DNA of 64,000 nucleotides from a virus: positions 36,505-100,504 of the IMG/VR virus record IMGVR_UViG_3300027668_000010; one strand, 5' to 3'. The notes under the pieces were generated by a model that worked only from the letters and a program-made list of their open reading frames with translations, searched no databases and was not told the origin of the DNA. Below, piece by piece: positions 8,772 to 18,111 of this stretch; position 1 is the first letter of the stretch, and each line of letters starts with the position of its first letter. The translations under genes and the position numbers were made by a program.

Positions 8772-10130
8772 ATGGATACATTCGGGCAGAAATTTGGGAC
8801 TAGCTTTCAAATAAAAATAATATCAGCGTTATTATCTGATAGAATATTCCTACAAACGGTATATGATATCTTAAAGCCTGAGGCGTTCGATTCGGAGGCT
8901 AATGAGTGGTTAGTAAAGATAATACTAAAACATTTTGATGAATTTTCCAAATTACCCACCTTAGATGTATTCAAAGTTGAAATAGATAAGGTACAAAGGG
9001 ATGTACTAAAACAAACGGTTTTAGATAACTTAAAGCAAGTTTGGAATAAGTTAGAATCTGATGATTTAGAGTATGTTAAGGAACAAACGTTGGAGTTTTG
9101 TAAAAACCAAAACTTTAAGGGTGCTATCTTAGAATCTGTTCAATTACTTGAAGAAGGTAAGTTTGATGTTATCAAAGAAAAGATTGATAACGCTATGAAA
9201 TCAGGTCAAGATACTGATATCGGACATGAGTACAAAGCTGATGTTAAACAAAGGTATGAAGAAAACATTAGAAATGTTATTCCGACTGGATGGGATGTTG
9301 TTGATGAATTAGTTGATGGTGGGTTTGGAAAGGGTGAACTTATACTATTTGCGGCACCTCCGGGTATTGGTAAATCTTGGGCATTAATTAATGTTGGGAT
9401 GGCAGCTGTAAAAGCTGGTAAAACTGTGGTTCATTATACATTAGAGTTAAACGAAGGTTATGTAGGTCAGAGATATGATGCTATACTAACAGGTACAGCA
9501 GTACCTAACCTAAAATATAACATCGAAGAAGTAGAACGACAGGTTTCTAATTTATCAGGTGAATTGATAGTTAAGTATTGGCCTACTAAATCTGCTGGAT
9601 TGAACGCAATAAGAGCGAGTCTTGATAAATTAACATTGCAGGGTAAGAAACCTGATGTGATAATTTGTGATTACGCAGATTTATTATTGGGTAATAGTAG
9701 AAAAGAACGACACGAAGAGTTGGAAGAGTTAGTAGAAGGATTACGAGGTATTGCTGGTGAATATGAATGTCCGTTATATACAGCATCACAAATTAATCGA
9801 AGTGGAGCAGATGCAGATGTTATTACAGGCACATCAATAGCAGGTTCATTCTCAAAATTGATGACTGCTGATTTTGTGGTATCATTGAGTAGAAAGATTG
9901 AAGATAAATTAGCAGGAACGGGTCGATGGCACGTAATTAAAAACAGATTTGGGCCAGATGGAATGACTCTACCATCTAAAGCAAATATGAGTAATGGTAG
10001 GATGGATATTTATTCAGATGATAGCATTGATGGTAAAAAAACTCAAAGTGATATGAATAAAGGTGAATCATTAGTTCGTAAGAATTTATTACAAAAATAC
10101 AACGAATTAAAAACAGATACCGATTTTTAA
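8772..10130 (+). CDS. replicative DnaB-like helicase (T4 gp41-like)
   Basis: APPGIGKS, YTLEL, ICDYADL, TASQINR, KNRFG. Confidence 0.92.
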   Translation: MDTFGQKFGTSFQIKIISALLSDRIFLQTVYDILKPEAFDSEANEWLVKIILKHFDEFSKLPTLDVFKVEIDKVQRDVLKQTVLDNLKQVWNKLESDDLEYVKEQTLEFCKNQNFKGAILESVQLLEEGKFDVIKEKIDNAMKSGQDTDIGHEYKADVKQRYEENIRNVIPTGWDVVDELVDGGFGKGELILFAAPPGIGKSWALINVGMAAVKAGKTVVHYTLELNEGYVGQRYDAILTGTAVPNLKYNIEEVERQVSNLSGELIVKYWPTKSAGLNAIRASLDKLTLQGKKPDVIICDYADLLLGNSRKERHEELEELVEGLRGIAGEYECPLYTASQINRSGADADVITGTSIAGSFSKLMTADFVVSLSRKIEDKLAGTGRWHVIKNRFGPDGMTLPSKANMSNGRMDIYSDDSIDGKKTQSDMNKGESLVRKNLLQKYNELKTDTDF

Positions 10131-10185
10131 TCTATATTTATTATCACCCCAAATAAGTTAAATTAACAAAATTAAAAGGAAAAGA

Positions 10186-11178
10186 ATGGCATTATTTAAA
10201 GAAAGAATGGAGTATAAACCATTCGAATATCCAGAGTATTATACCGAAGGTTGGTTGAAGCAAGCACAAGCATTTTGGTTACATACTGAGATACCAATGC
10301 AAGGTGATATTAAAGATTGGAATGAAAATTTAACTAAAGAGGAAAAGAATTTAGTTGGTAATATTCTTTTAGGATTTTCACAAACAGAATGTGCAGTATC
10401 CGATTATTGGACTACTATGGTTACTAAGTGGTTTCCAAAGCACGAAATTAAACAAATGGCTATGATGTTCGGTTCGCAAGAAACAATTCATGCAACTGCA
10501 TATTCATACCTAAACGAATCTTTAGGATTAGAAGATTTTGAAGCATTCCTACACGAACCTGCAATAGCAGAGAAGTTTGATTTTCTAACATCTACTACAT
10601 CCGAATGGACACATACGGATTTACAAACAAATCCTATAGCACGAAAAGAAGTAGCCAGGTCATTAGCAATATTCTCAGCATTCGCCGAAGGGGTATCTTT
10701 ATATAGTTCTTTCGCAGTTCTATATAGTTTTCAAATGAGAAATCTTTTAAAAGGTATTGGACAGCAAATGAAATGGAGTGTAAGAGATGAATCTTTACAT
10801 TCGAAGATGGGTTGTCAGTTATTCAGAGAAATGTGTAATGAATATCCTGAACTTTTTGAAGAAGTTAAGGATGATGTGCATGAAGCAGCAAAACATATGA
10901 TAGAAATGGAACATAAGTTCATTGATATGATATTTGAGCAGGGTGATTTAGAAAACTTAAAATCATCTGATTTAAAAGAGTTTATCTCAAAAAGAGGTAA
11001 TGAAAAGTTAAAAGAATTAGGATACGAACCTACATTTGAATTTAATGATAAGAAAGCATCTAATTTAGATTGGTTTTATCATCTTACCGGGGGAATAACC
11101 CACACCGATTTCTTCGCAGTAAGACCAACTGATTATGCAAAGGCTGGTGAAGGTGAAGATTTTAGTGATATGTGGTAA
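10186..11178 (+). CDS. nrdB: ribonucleotide reductase class I beta subunit
   Basis: FWLHTEI, QETIHATAY, EGVSLYSSF, VRDESLH, HTDFF. Confidence 0.95.
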   Translation: MALFKERMEYKPFEYPEYYTEGWLKQAQAFWLHTEIPMQGDIKDWNENLTKEEKNLVGNILLGFSQTECAVSDYWTTMVTKWFPKHEIKQMAMMFGSQETIHATAYSYLNESLGLEDFEAFLHEPAIAEKFDFLTSTTSEWTHTDLQTNPIARKEVARSLAIFSAFAEGVSLYSSFAVLYSFQMRNLLKGIGQQMKWSVRDESLHSKMGCQLFREMCNEYPELFEEVKDDVHEAAKHMIEMEHKFIDMIFEQGDLENLKSSDLKEFISKRGNEKLKELGYEPTFEFNDKKASNLDWFYHLTGGITHTDFFAVRPTDYAKAGEGEDFSDMW

Positions 11179-11199
11179 TAATAAAAAAAAGAATAAGTT

Positions 11200-11499
11200 A
11201 TGGAATTTAATGAATTAATTACAAACGTAATAGGGTGGGCTGAAGATAAAGATATCTTAAAAGCTGAAAACGCACCTAAACAAATGTTAAAAGTTGTAGA
11301 AGAAGTTGGAGAAACTGCTGGGGCTTTACTTAAAAACAATAGGGATGAATTGATAGATGGTATTGGTGATTCCTTTGTAACATTGATTATATTATCAATG
11401 CAGTTAGGAGTACATCCATCCGAATGTTTAGAAGCGGCTTGGAATGAAATAAAAGACCGTAAAGGTGAAACTAAAAATGGGGTATTCATAAAAGAATGA
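11200..11499 (+). CDS. MazG-like nucleotide pyrophosphohydrolase
   Basis: KVVEEVGE, DGIGD, AWNEIKDRKG. Confidence 0.88.
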   Translation: MEFNELITNVIGWAEDKDILKAENAPKQMLKVVEEVGETAGALLKNNRDELIDGIGDSFVTLIILSMQLGVHPSECLEAAWNEIKDRKGETKNGVFIKE

Positions 11500-13268
11500 A
11501 AAATCACGGAGAAGAATTAGGATGGGAGTTGGATGTCGATTTCCCATCATGGGCAAATACAGAAATATATGTTAAAACAATTAGTAAAGGTTACCTTTTG
11601 GAAGGAGAAACTCCGAAAGATGCGTATTGGCGTGTCGCTACTAAAGTCGCCCGCCGTTTGGAACGGGGTGATATGGCCTCTAAGTTTTTTGATTATATTT
11701 GGCGTGGTTGGCTTAATCTTGCTACTCCCGTTTTATCTAATACGGGTACTGATAGGGGTTTGCCGATATCTTGTTTTGGAGTTGATGTTGGTGATTCGAT
11801 TCAAGAAATCGGAACCAAAAACTTAGAAATGATGCTACTCGCCAAAAGTGGTGGTGGTGTTGGGTTCGGTATGAATATGATTAGACCCGCTGGTAGTAAA
11901 ATCAATCAAAATGGAACATCAGATGGTGTAGTGCCATTTGCTAAGATATTTGATTCAACTATTATAGCTACCAATCAAGGTTCAGTTCGTAGAGGTGCTG
12001 CATCAGTAAACTTAAACATAGAACATGGTGATTTTGATGAATGGATTGATATTCGTGAACCAAAGGGTGATGTAAACAGACAATGTTTAAATTTACATCA
12101 ATGTGTAGTTGTTGGTGATAAGTTCATGCGACAATTAGAAGATGGAGATGCTGAAGCCCGTAGAAAGTGGAGTAAAGTAATTCAGAAACGTAAAGCAACT
12201 GGTGAACCTTATATTATGTATAAAGGTAATATCAATAAAGCAAATCCAGAAGCATATAAACATAATGGATTAAAAGTTCATATGACAAACATATGTTCTG
12301 AGATTACATTACATACAGATGAGAATCATTCATTCGTATGTTGTTTATCTTCTCTTAACCTTTCAAAATACGATGAGTGGAAAGATACAGATTTAATTTA
12401 TACAGCAACTTGGTTTTTAGATGGTGTATTAGATGAGTTTATTCAAAAAGCAAAAAATATGCGTGGTTTTGAAAACTCAGTACGTTCTGCTGAAAAGGGT
12501 AGAGCATTAGGATTAGGTGTATTAGGATGGCATACTTACTTACAACAAAGAGGTATTCCATTTGATTCATTAACCGCACAATTTGAAACTCGTAAAATAT
12601 TCTCTCAAATGAAGATTGAATCTGAAAGAGCAAGTAGAGATATGGCAGATGTTTACGGAGAACCACTATGGTGTGTTGGTACTGGGTTGAGAAATACTCA
12701 CCTAAGAGCAATTGCACCAACGGTATCTAACTCTAAATTAAGTGGTAACGTTTCTCCAGGTATTGAACCTTGGGCAGCAAATGTATTTACTGAACAAACT
12801 TCAAAAGGTACGTTTATTAGAAAAAACAGAGAATTAGAAAAAGTTCTTCGTAAAGCTGGAATCAACACCAAAGATACTTGGGATAAGATACTTGCTGATG
12901 GTGGTAGTATTCAGGATATAGCTGAATTAGATAATTGGTTATATTGTGATAATAAACTTACAAATATATCAGAAGTAGGTGAAGGTATTGAGTGTGATAA
13001 GGTAAAGGATGTATTTAAAACCTTTAAGGAAATCAATCAATTAGAATTGGTTAGACAAGCTGGTATTAGACAACAATATATCGACCAATCAGTATCATTG
13101 AACTTAGCATTCCCATCTGAGGCAACTCCGAAATGGCTTAATCTCGTACACATGGAAGCGTGGAAGCAAGGTGTAAAAACACTTTACTATACGAGAACCG
13201 AATCAGTACTTAGAGGTGATATAGCACAAAAGGCAATGGATGCAGACTGTATAAGTTGTGACGGATAG
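11496..13268 (+). CDS. nrdA: ribonucleotide reductase class I alpha subunit (no ATP-cone)
   Basis: ATPVLSN, PISCF, RRGA, TNICSEI, CCLSS, AIAPT, KTLYY, C-terminal CISCDG. Confidence 0.95.
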   Translation: MKNHGEELGWELDVDFPSWANTEIYVKTISKGYLLEGETPKDAYWRVATKVARRLERGDMASKFFDYIWRGWLNLATPVLSNTGTDRGLPISCFGVDVGDSIQEIGTKNLEMMLLAKSGGGVGFGMNMIRPAGSKINQNGTSDGVVPFAKIFDSTIIATNQGSVRRGAASVNLNIEHGDFDEWIDIREPKGDVNRQCLNLHQCVVVGDKFMRQLEDGDAEARRKWSKVIQKRKATGEPYIMYKGNINKANPEAYKHNGLKVHMTNICSEITLHTDENHSFVCCLSSLNLSKYDEWKDTDLIYTATWFLDGVLDEFIQKAKNMRGFENSVRSAEKGRALGLGVLGWHTYLQQRGIPFDSLTAQFETRKIFSQMKIESERASRDMADVYGEPLWCVGTGLRNTHLRAIAPTVSNSKLSGNVSPGIEPWAANVFTEQTSKGTFIRKNRELEKVLRKAGINTKDTWDKILADGGSIQDIAELDNWLYCDNKLTNISEVGEGIECDKVKDVFKTFKEINQLELVRQAGIRQQYIDQSVSLNLAFPSEATPKWLNLVHMEAWKQGVKTLYYTRTESVLRGDIAQKAMDADCISCDG

Positions 13269-13318
13269 AAGATAGTGTGGTCTAACGACCACCTTTAGGA
13301 CCGTTACTCGTAACGGAC

Positions 13319-13356
13319 GAGATGGGGAGATTCGCTACCTCCCCATTTCATTTTTG
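13319..13356 (+). terminator. intrinsic terminator after nrdA
   Basis: GAGATGGGGAG/CTCCCCATTTC stem followed by ATTTTT. Confidence 0.7.
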
Positions 13357-13379
13357 ATAACAATTAAAATAAAAGCATT

Positions 13380-13619
13380 ATGAAATATTTATACTTCTCA
13401 GCAGCTTGGTGTGGCCCATGCAAAACATTAGCACCGATTATGGCTCAAGTAGGCCAATCAGTATCAGTTCAAAAAATCGATGTGGATTCACAATCAGCAT
13501 TAGCATCACAATACAACGTTAGGAATGTACCAACTGTGATATTAATAAATGGGTCAACTGAAGTAAAAAGATTCGTTGGGATTCAGTCAAAAGAAACTTA
13601 TATAAATGCCGCAAGATAA
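13380..13619 (+). CDS. trxA: thioredoxin
   Basis: WCGPC active site, VPT. Confidence 0.92.
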   Translation: MKYLYFSAAWCGPCKTLAPIMAQVGQSVSVQKIDVDSQSALASQYNVRNVPTVILINGSTEVKRFVGIQSKETYINAAR

Positions 13620-13620
13620 A

Positions 13621-13653
13621 TTAGGAAATTCCAAAAAAAAGTTGTATATTTAC
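13621..13653 (+). promoter_or_regulatory. Bacteroidota-type promoter
   Basis: ttagg...ttgtatatttac. Confidence 0.65.
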
Positions 13654-13677
13654 AATAAGAAACAGTTACGAAAGAAA

Positions 13678-13881
13678 ATGGCACTACGAGGGGAATCACA
13701 TCCAGCACATAAGCTTACGGAAGAGCAGGTTACATCTATTAGAACCCTATATAAAATAGGACACCGAAACATCAAAGTTTTGGCGAGAAATAATGGAGTA
13801 TCACCAGCTAACATCCGTAGGATTGTAAAGGGTGAGACTTGGAGACATTTATTGCACGGAAAATTCAATGATTATCAATAA
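13678..13881 (+). CDS. stand-alone HTH DNA-binding protein (resembles HNH-endonuclease C-terminal domain)
   Basis: GESHPAHKLTEEQV..IR...LARNNGVS..NIRRIVKGETW. Confidence 0.7.
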   Translation: MALRGESHPAHKLTEEQVTSIRTLYKIGHRNIKVLARNNGVSPANIRRIVKGETWRHLLHGKFNDYQ

Positions 13882-13887
13882 TCAGTT

Positions 13888-14691
13888 ATGAAAGAAGAAG
13901 GTAAACATTACGTTGATGCATCTAAGGTGAGTGTAGCTCCAATTGCTAAATCTATCGCTAAAGATATGATTATCAAAAAACACTATACTCATGCATGGAC
14001 TGCATGTAGGTATTCATTAGGTATATACCATACATTAGATGAAAAAGATGTATTTGGAAACGACCAGCAATTAGTTGGAGTTGCTGTATACGGATTCCCG
14101 GTCGGAGCAAGAGCACCCACATCAGTATGTGATGGTTTAACAAAAGATAATATCTTAGAACTTACTCGATTATATGTAGATGATGGGTTCGGTTCAAATA
14201 TAGAGAGCTGTGCATTAGGTAAAACTTTCCAATGGATAAAGGATAATGATAAAAATATCAAAGTGTTACTCAGTTATGCTAATAATGGTGAAGGACACGT
14301 TGGTGGTATTTACAAAGCAACCAATTGGATTTATCAAGGATTAAACACCGATTACGCATTGATGGCAAACTGGGGTATATCCCTAACCAAAGACCCATAT
14401 GATTGGATTCATAGTAGAACTGTTTATAATAATTGGGGTAGTGGTAACTTAGAACATCTTCGTAGAGAGATTGGTAAGGAAGGTCATACTGAGTTTTGGA
14501 GAAGAGAAGAACCACCTAAACATAGGTACATTCAGATACTTGCTACCAATAAAAAAGAAAAGAAGGATTTATTCAAAAGGTTAAAGCATGAAATCAAACC
14601 TTATCCTAAAGAATTAAATGATTACAACACCGAAGTTGTAACACATACCACTTATGCGCCTGAAGAGAGTAATGATATCAATTTTTGGTAA
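13888..14691 (+). CDS. Mom-like (GNAT-fold) DNA modification protein
   Basis: KHY, GVAVYG, LELTRL, ES, LLSYAN..EGHVG.IYKATNWIYQG. Confidence 0.75.
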   Translation: MKEEGKHYVDASKVSVAPIAKSIAKDMIIKKHYTHAWTACRYSLGIYHTLDEKDVFGNDQQLVGVAVYGFPVGARAPTSVCDGLTKDNILELTRLYVDDGFGSNIESCALGKTFQWIKDNDKNIKVLLSYANNGEGHVGGIYKATNWIYQGLNTDYALMANWGISLTKDPYDWIHSRTVYNNWGSGNLEHLRREIGKEGHTEFWRREEPPKHRYIQILATNKKEKKDLFKRLKHEIKPYPKELNDYNTEVVTHTTYAPEESNDINFW

Positions 14692-14724
14692 TTGTTAATA
14701 ACTTTTCAAAAAAAATACAAAATA

Positions 14725-14756
14725 TTAGGATATACGGAAACGAATTCGTATATTTG
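14725..14756 (+). promoter_or_regulatory. Bacteroidota-type promoter
   Basis: ttagg...cgtatatttg upstream of the polymerase. Confidence 0.7.
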
Positions 14757-14776
14757 TTAAAATTAAAAACACATAA

Positions 14777-17293
14777 ATGTATCAAAATGTATATTATGAA
14801 AAACAAGCAGGAGTTATCCATTGTTGGGATGATTCTCGTGGATATTTTACAAAGAAGTATAGGAATTATGCTTATGTAGAAGATGGTAATGGTTCATACC
14901 AATCAATCTATGGTGAACGCTTAAAGAAAATCAATTATTGGAAGCATGAGGATAATCTGAAATTATATGAATCTGATGTAAATGAGGTAACTCGATTCTT
15001 GATTGATGAGTATGGTGATTCTGATGAGGTATCAGAGGGTAACGTTGTACTAACGTTTGACATTGAGGTAGAAATGAACTCAGGCCTACCTGATATTACG
15101 GAAGCTAAGAATGCAATGACTTCGGTAGCATTCCATGATTCAGCAACAAAAGATTATCACGTATATGTTATAAACGATGGTGATGAGATAAACAAAACTA
15201 TCAAAGGTGCTATGGTTCGTTCTTTCCGAAGTGAGGAAGATATGCTAATGGCATTCTTAACCAAATGGGAAGAGATTTCACCTACAATCATAACAGGTTG
15301 GAATATTGATTTCTTTGATGTGACTTATCTTTATAATCGAATGAATCGTTTATTGGGAACTAAAAACGCAAATAGATTATCCCCAATACAAAAGGTTCAT
15401 TGGAATAAATACAGACAACGTTATATCATAGCCGGTGTATCTGCATTAGATTATATGGCTCTATTTAAAAACTTTACATATACAGAACATCCAAATTATA
15501 GATTGGATACTATTGCTCGTATGACATTGGGTAGAGGTAAGATTGAATACGAAGGAAACCTCGACCAATTATTCAGAGATGATTTGGAAAAATTCATTGA
15601 GTATAACTTAGTGGATGTTGAATTGATTGTTGATATGGATAAGAAATTACAGTATATCGATTTGGCTAGAGCAATCTGCCATACAGGACACGTATTCTAT
15701 GAAGATTTTATATTCTCATCAAAATGGTTAGAAGGGGCGATATTAACATTCCTACGAAGAAGTAGTCGTATAGCTCCAGATAGACCTCACAGAAGAAATA
15801 AGAACGATGATGGAAGTGATGCAGAAGGTAAGTTTCAAGGAGCATATGTAAAAGAACCAAAACCTGGTCTTTATAAGTGGGTGTATGATTTAGATTTAAC
15901 ATCACTATACCCATCTATTATTATGACAATTAACATTTCCCCTGAAACAAAGGTTGGTAAGGTAAAAGGATACTCCGTTGAAGAACATATGAAATCTGCT
16001 ATTGATGAATACATCATTGTAGATGATAACGGTAAAGACTACCCATCAATGGATAAAGACAAGTTCGAAGATTTCGCTAAAAAGATGGATTTATCAGTAG
16101 CATCGAATGGTGTGTTATATAAGCAAGATTCCGTAGGTGTAATACCTGAGATTCTTAATGTATGGTTCGATAAGAGGGTTAAGTATAAAGACGAGATGAA
16201 AACGCATGGTAAAGCTGGGAATGATGAATTATACAAATTCTATCATCAAAGGCAGTTAGTTCAGAAGATTATGTTAAATTCACTTTATGGAGTATTAGGG
16301 CTACCTGCTTTTAGATTCTATGATGTGGATAATGCAGAAGCAGTTACACTTACAGGTCAGACTGTAATTAAAACTACTGAGATGATAGCTAATAGTTATT
16401 ATAGTAAAATCACAGGTGAGAATAAGGATTATAACATTTATGTTGATACGGATTCAGTATTTTATCAGGCAGCTCCATTAGTGAAAGCTAGAAACCCCGA
16501 AATTGATGAAAGTGATGATGCACAAATGATACCTGCGATACTGCAAGTAGCACAAGAGGTTGAGGCTCACATCAATGCAACGTATGATACGATGTCAAAA
16601 AAGTTATTCAACGTAATTAATCATCGGTTCGATATAAAACAGGAGACTATCGCAAAAGGTGGTTTTTGGGTATCAAAGAAACGATACGCACAATGGATTA
16701 TCAATGATAATACTGTGGATTGTGATAAATTAGATGTTAAGGGATTGGATGTAAAACGTAGTTCATTTCCAACATACTTTAAAGAGGTAATGTCAACTGT
16801 ATTATGGGATATTCTAAAGGATGAGGATAAGATGAAGTTGGACCAGAAGATTTTAGATTATAAGGATGACATGCCTAAAAGAAACTTTATCGATATTGCT
16901 AAGAATTCAGCAGTAAAGGGTATGAGTAAGTATTCTACTAAAACGCAAGTACTTGGTGAATTTATGAAAGGTACTCCAGCGCATGTTAAAGCAGCACTTA
17001 CTTACAATCAATTATTGAAGTATTACAAAACCGCTTTCAAATACGAACCAATGAAAGATGGTGATAAGATAAAGTATGTGTATTTGAAGAATAACCCATT
17101 AGGATTAGAAACAGTTGGATTGACTGGGTATAACGACCCAAAAGAGATATTGGATTTAGTAGAAGAGTATATTGATTACAATAAACTATGGGAACGTGAG
17201 TTAAAGAATAAGTTAGATGATTTCTATTCAGCGATGAATTGGGAGAACCCAAATCCAAACTTAGAGAATATAGGAAAATTCTTTTCGTTTTAA
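14777..17293 (+). CDS. family-B DNA polymerase (T4 gp43-like)
   Basis: FDIE, GWNIDFFD, YNLVD, DLTSLYPSII, KIMLNSLYG, YVDTDS, KKRY. Confidence 0.95.
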   Translation: MYQNVYYEKQAGVIHCWDDSRGYFTKKYRNYAYVEDGNGSYQSIYGERLKKINYWKHEDNLKLYESDVNEVTRFLIDEYGDSDEVSEGNVVLTFDIEVEMNSGLPDITEAKNAMTSVAFHDSATKDYHVYVINDGDEINKTIKGAMVRSFRSEEDMLMAFLTKWEEISPTIITGWNIDFFDVTYLYNRMNRLLGTKNANRLSPIQKVHWNKYRQRYIIAGVSALDYMALFKNFTYTEHPNYRLDTIARMTLGRGKIEYEGNLDQLFRDDLEKFIEYNLVDVELIVDMDKKLQYIDLARAICHTGHVFYEDFIFSSKWLEGAILTFLRRSSRIAPDRPHRRNKNDDGSDAEGKFQGAYVKEPKPGLYKWVYDLDLTSLYPSIIMTINISPETKVGKVKGYSVEEHMKSAIDEYIIVDDNGKDYPSMDKDKFEDFAKKMDLSVASNGVLYKQDSVGVIPEILNVWFDKRVKYKDEMKTHGKAGNDELYKFYHQRQLVQKIMLNSLYGVLGLPAFRFYDVDNAEAVTLTGQTVIKTTEMIANSYYSKITGENKDYNIYVDTDSVFYQAAPLVKARNPEIDESDDAQMIPAILQVAQEVEAHINATYDTMSKKLFNVINHRFDIKQETIAKGGFWVSKKRYAQWIINDNTVDCDKLDVKGLDVKRSSFPTYFKEVMSTVLWDILKDEDKMKLDQKILDYKDDMPKRNFIDIAKNSAVKGMSKYSTKTQVLGEFMKGTPAHVKAALTYNQLLKYYKTAFKYEPMKDGDKIKYVYLKNNPLGLETVGLTGYNDPKEILDLVEEYIDYNKLWERELKNKLDDFYSAMNWENPNPNLENIGKFFSF

Positions 17294-17325
17294 TTAGGAT
17301 ATATGGAAAAGAATTCGTATATTAG
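17294..17325 (+). promoter_or_regulatory. Bacteroidota-type promoter, near-identical to the copy at 20284
   Basis: ttaggatatatggaaaagaattcgtatatt shared with 20284-20313. Confidence 0.7.
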
Positions 17326-17357
17326 TATAAATAAATAATAAATAGTAAATTTAAAGC

Positions 17358-18053
17358 ATGAAAAAAGCATCAATTGAACAATTCGTCAATCGTTACAACT
17401 TAGGTGGTGAGGTTGAATCAGTAAAAATTGAATCTACAGATGATTCAATGAAAGTAAGTTTTATCTCAGATGATAAAACTCTATTAGGTACAGTAGAATC
17501 CGCAGAGAAGGATTTCCCAAATGGTGAATTTGGTATCTATACAACATCTCAAATGAAAGCACTATTAGGTGTAGTAGAATCAAACGTAGACGTAGGAGCA
17601 GAAGATTCGTATCTTACGTTTTCGGATAAAGGTACATCAGTAAACTATATGTTGGCTGATTTATCAGTTATTCCAGTAGTTCCAGATTTAAAGCAAGTAC
17701 CACCATTCGATTCTGAAATTACTTTAGATGATGAATTTACAAATAGATTCATTAAATCTAAAGGAGCACTTAACGAATCAGATACATTTACATTTACTTG
17801 TACTGGCGGTAAAGGTGAGGTTGTATTAGGTTATTCAACTATTAATACAAACAGAATCTCTATGACAGTTGAGTGTAAATGTGATACGGATATAAAACCT
17901 ATTTCGTTTTCAGCAAAATATCTAAAAGAGATACTAATGGCGAACAAAGGTTCTAAATCAGCAACTCTTAAAATAGCATCAGCTGGATTAGCACATGTTA
18001 AGTTCGAACGAGATGGTTTAGTTTCCAATTATTTTCTCGTAGAAATTAAGTAG
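17358..18053 (+). CDS. sliding clamp (T4 gp45/PCNA-like)
   Basis: 231 aa, EFGIY, FSAKYLKEIL, YFLV end; lies between polymerase and clamp loader. Confidence 0.78.
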   Translation: MKKASIEQFVNRYNLGGEVESVKIESTDDSMKVSFISDDKTLLGTVESAEKDFPNGEFGIYTTSQMKALLGVVESNVDVGAEDSYLTFSDKGTSVNYMLADLSVIPVVPDLKQVPPFDSEITLDDEFTNRFIKSKGALNESDTFTFTCTGGKGEVVLGYSTINTNRISMTVECKCDTDIKPISFSAKYLKEILMANKGSKSATLKIASAGLAHVKFERDGLVSNYFLVEIK

Positions 18054-18054
18054 T

Positions 18055-18086
18055 TTGGTAAAACCAATTCTTTTTCGTATATTTAC
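18055..18086 (+). promoter_or_regulatory. Bacteroidota-type promoter
   Basis: tttggtaaaacc...cgtatatttac. Confidence 0.7.
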
Positions 18087-18111
18087 AAATAATAATTAAA
18101 AACAATTAAGT

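Noticed and set aside
13277-13619. Selenocysteine thioredoxin with the hairpins acting as SECIS
   Set aside because: The active site is TGT-GGC-CCA-TGC (CGPC) with no in-frame TGA, and the hairpins lie upstream.
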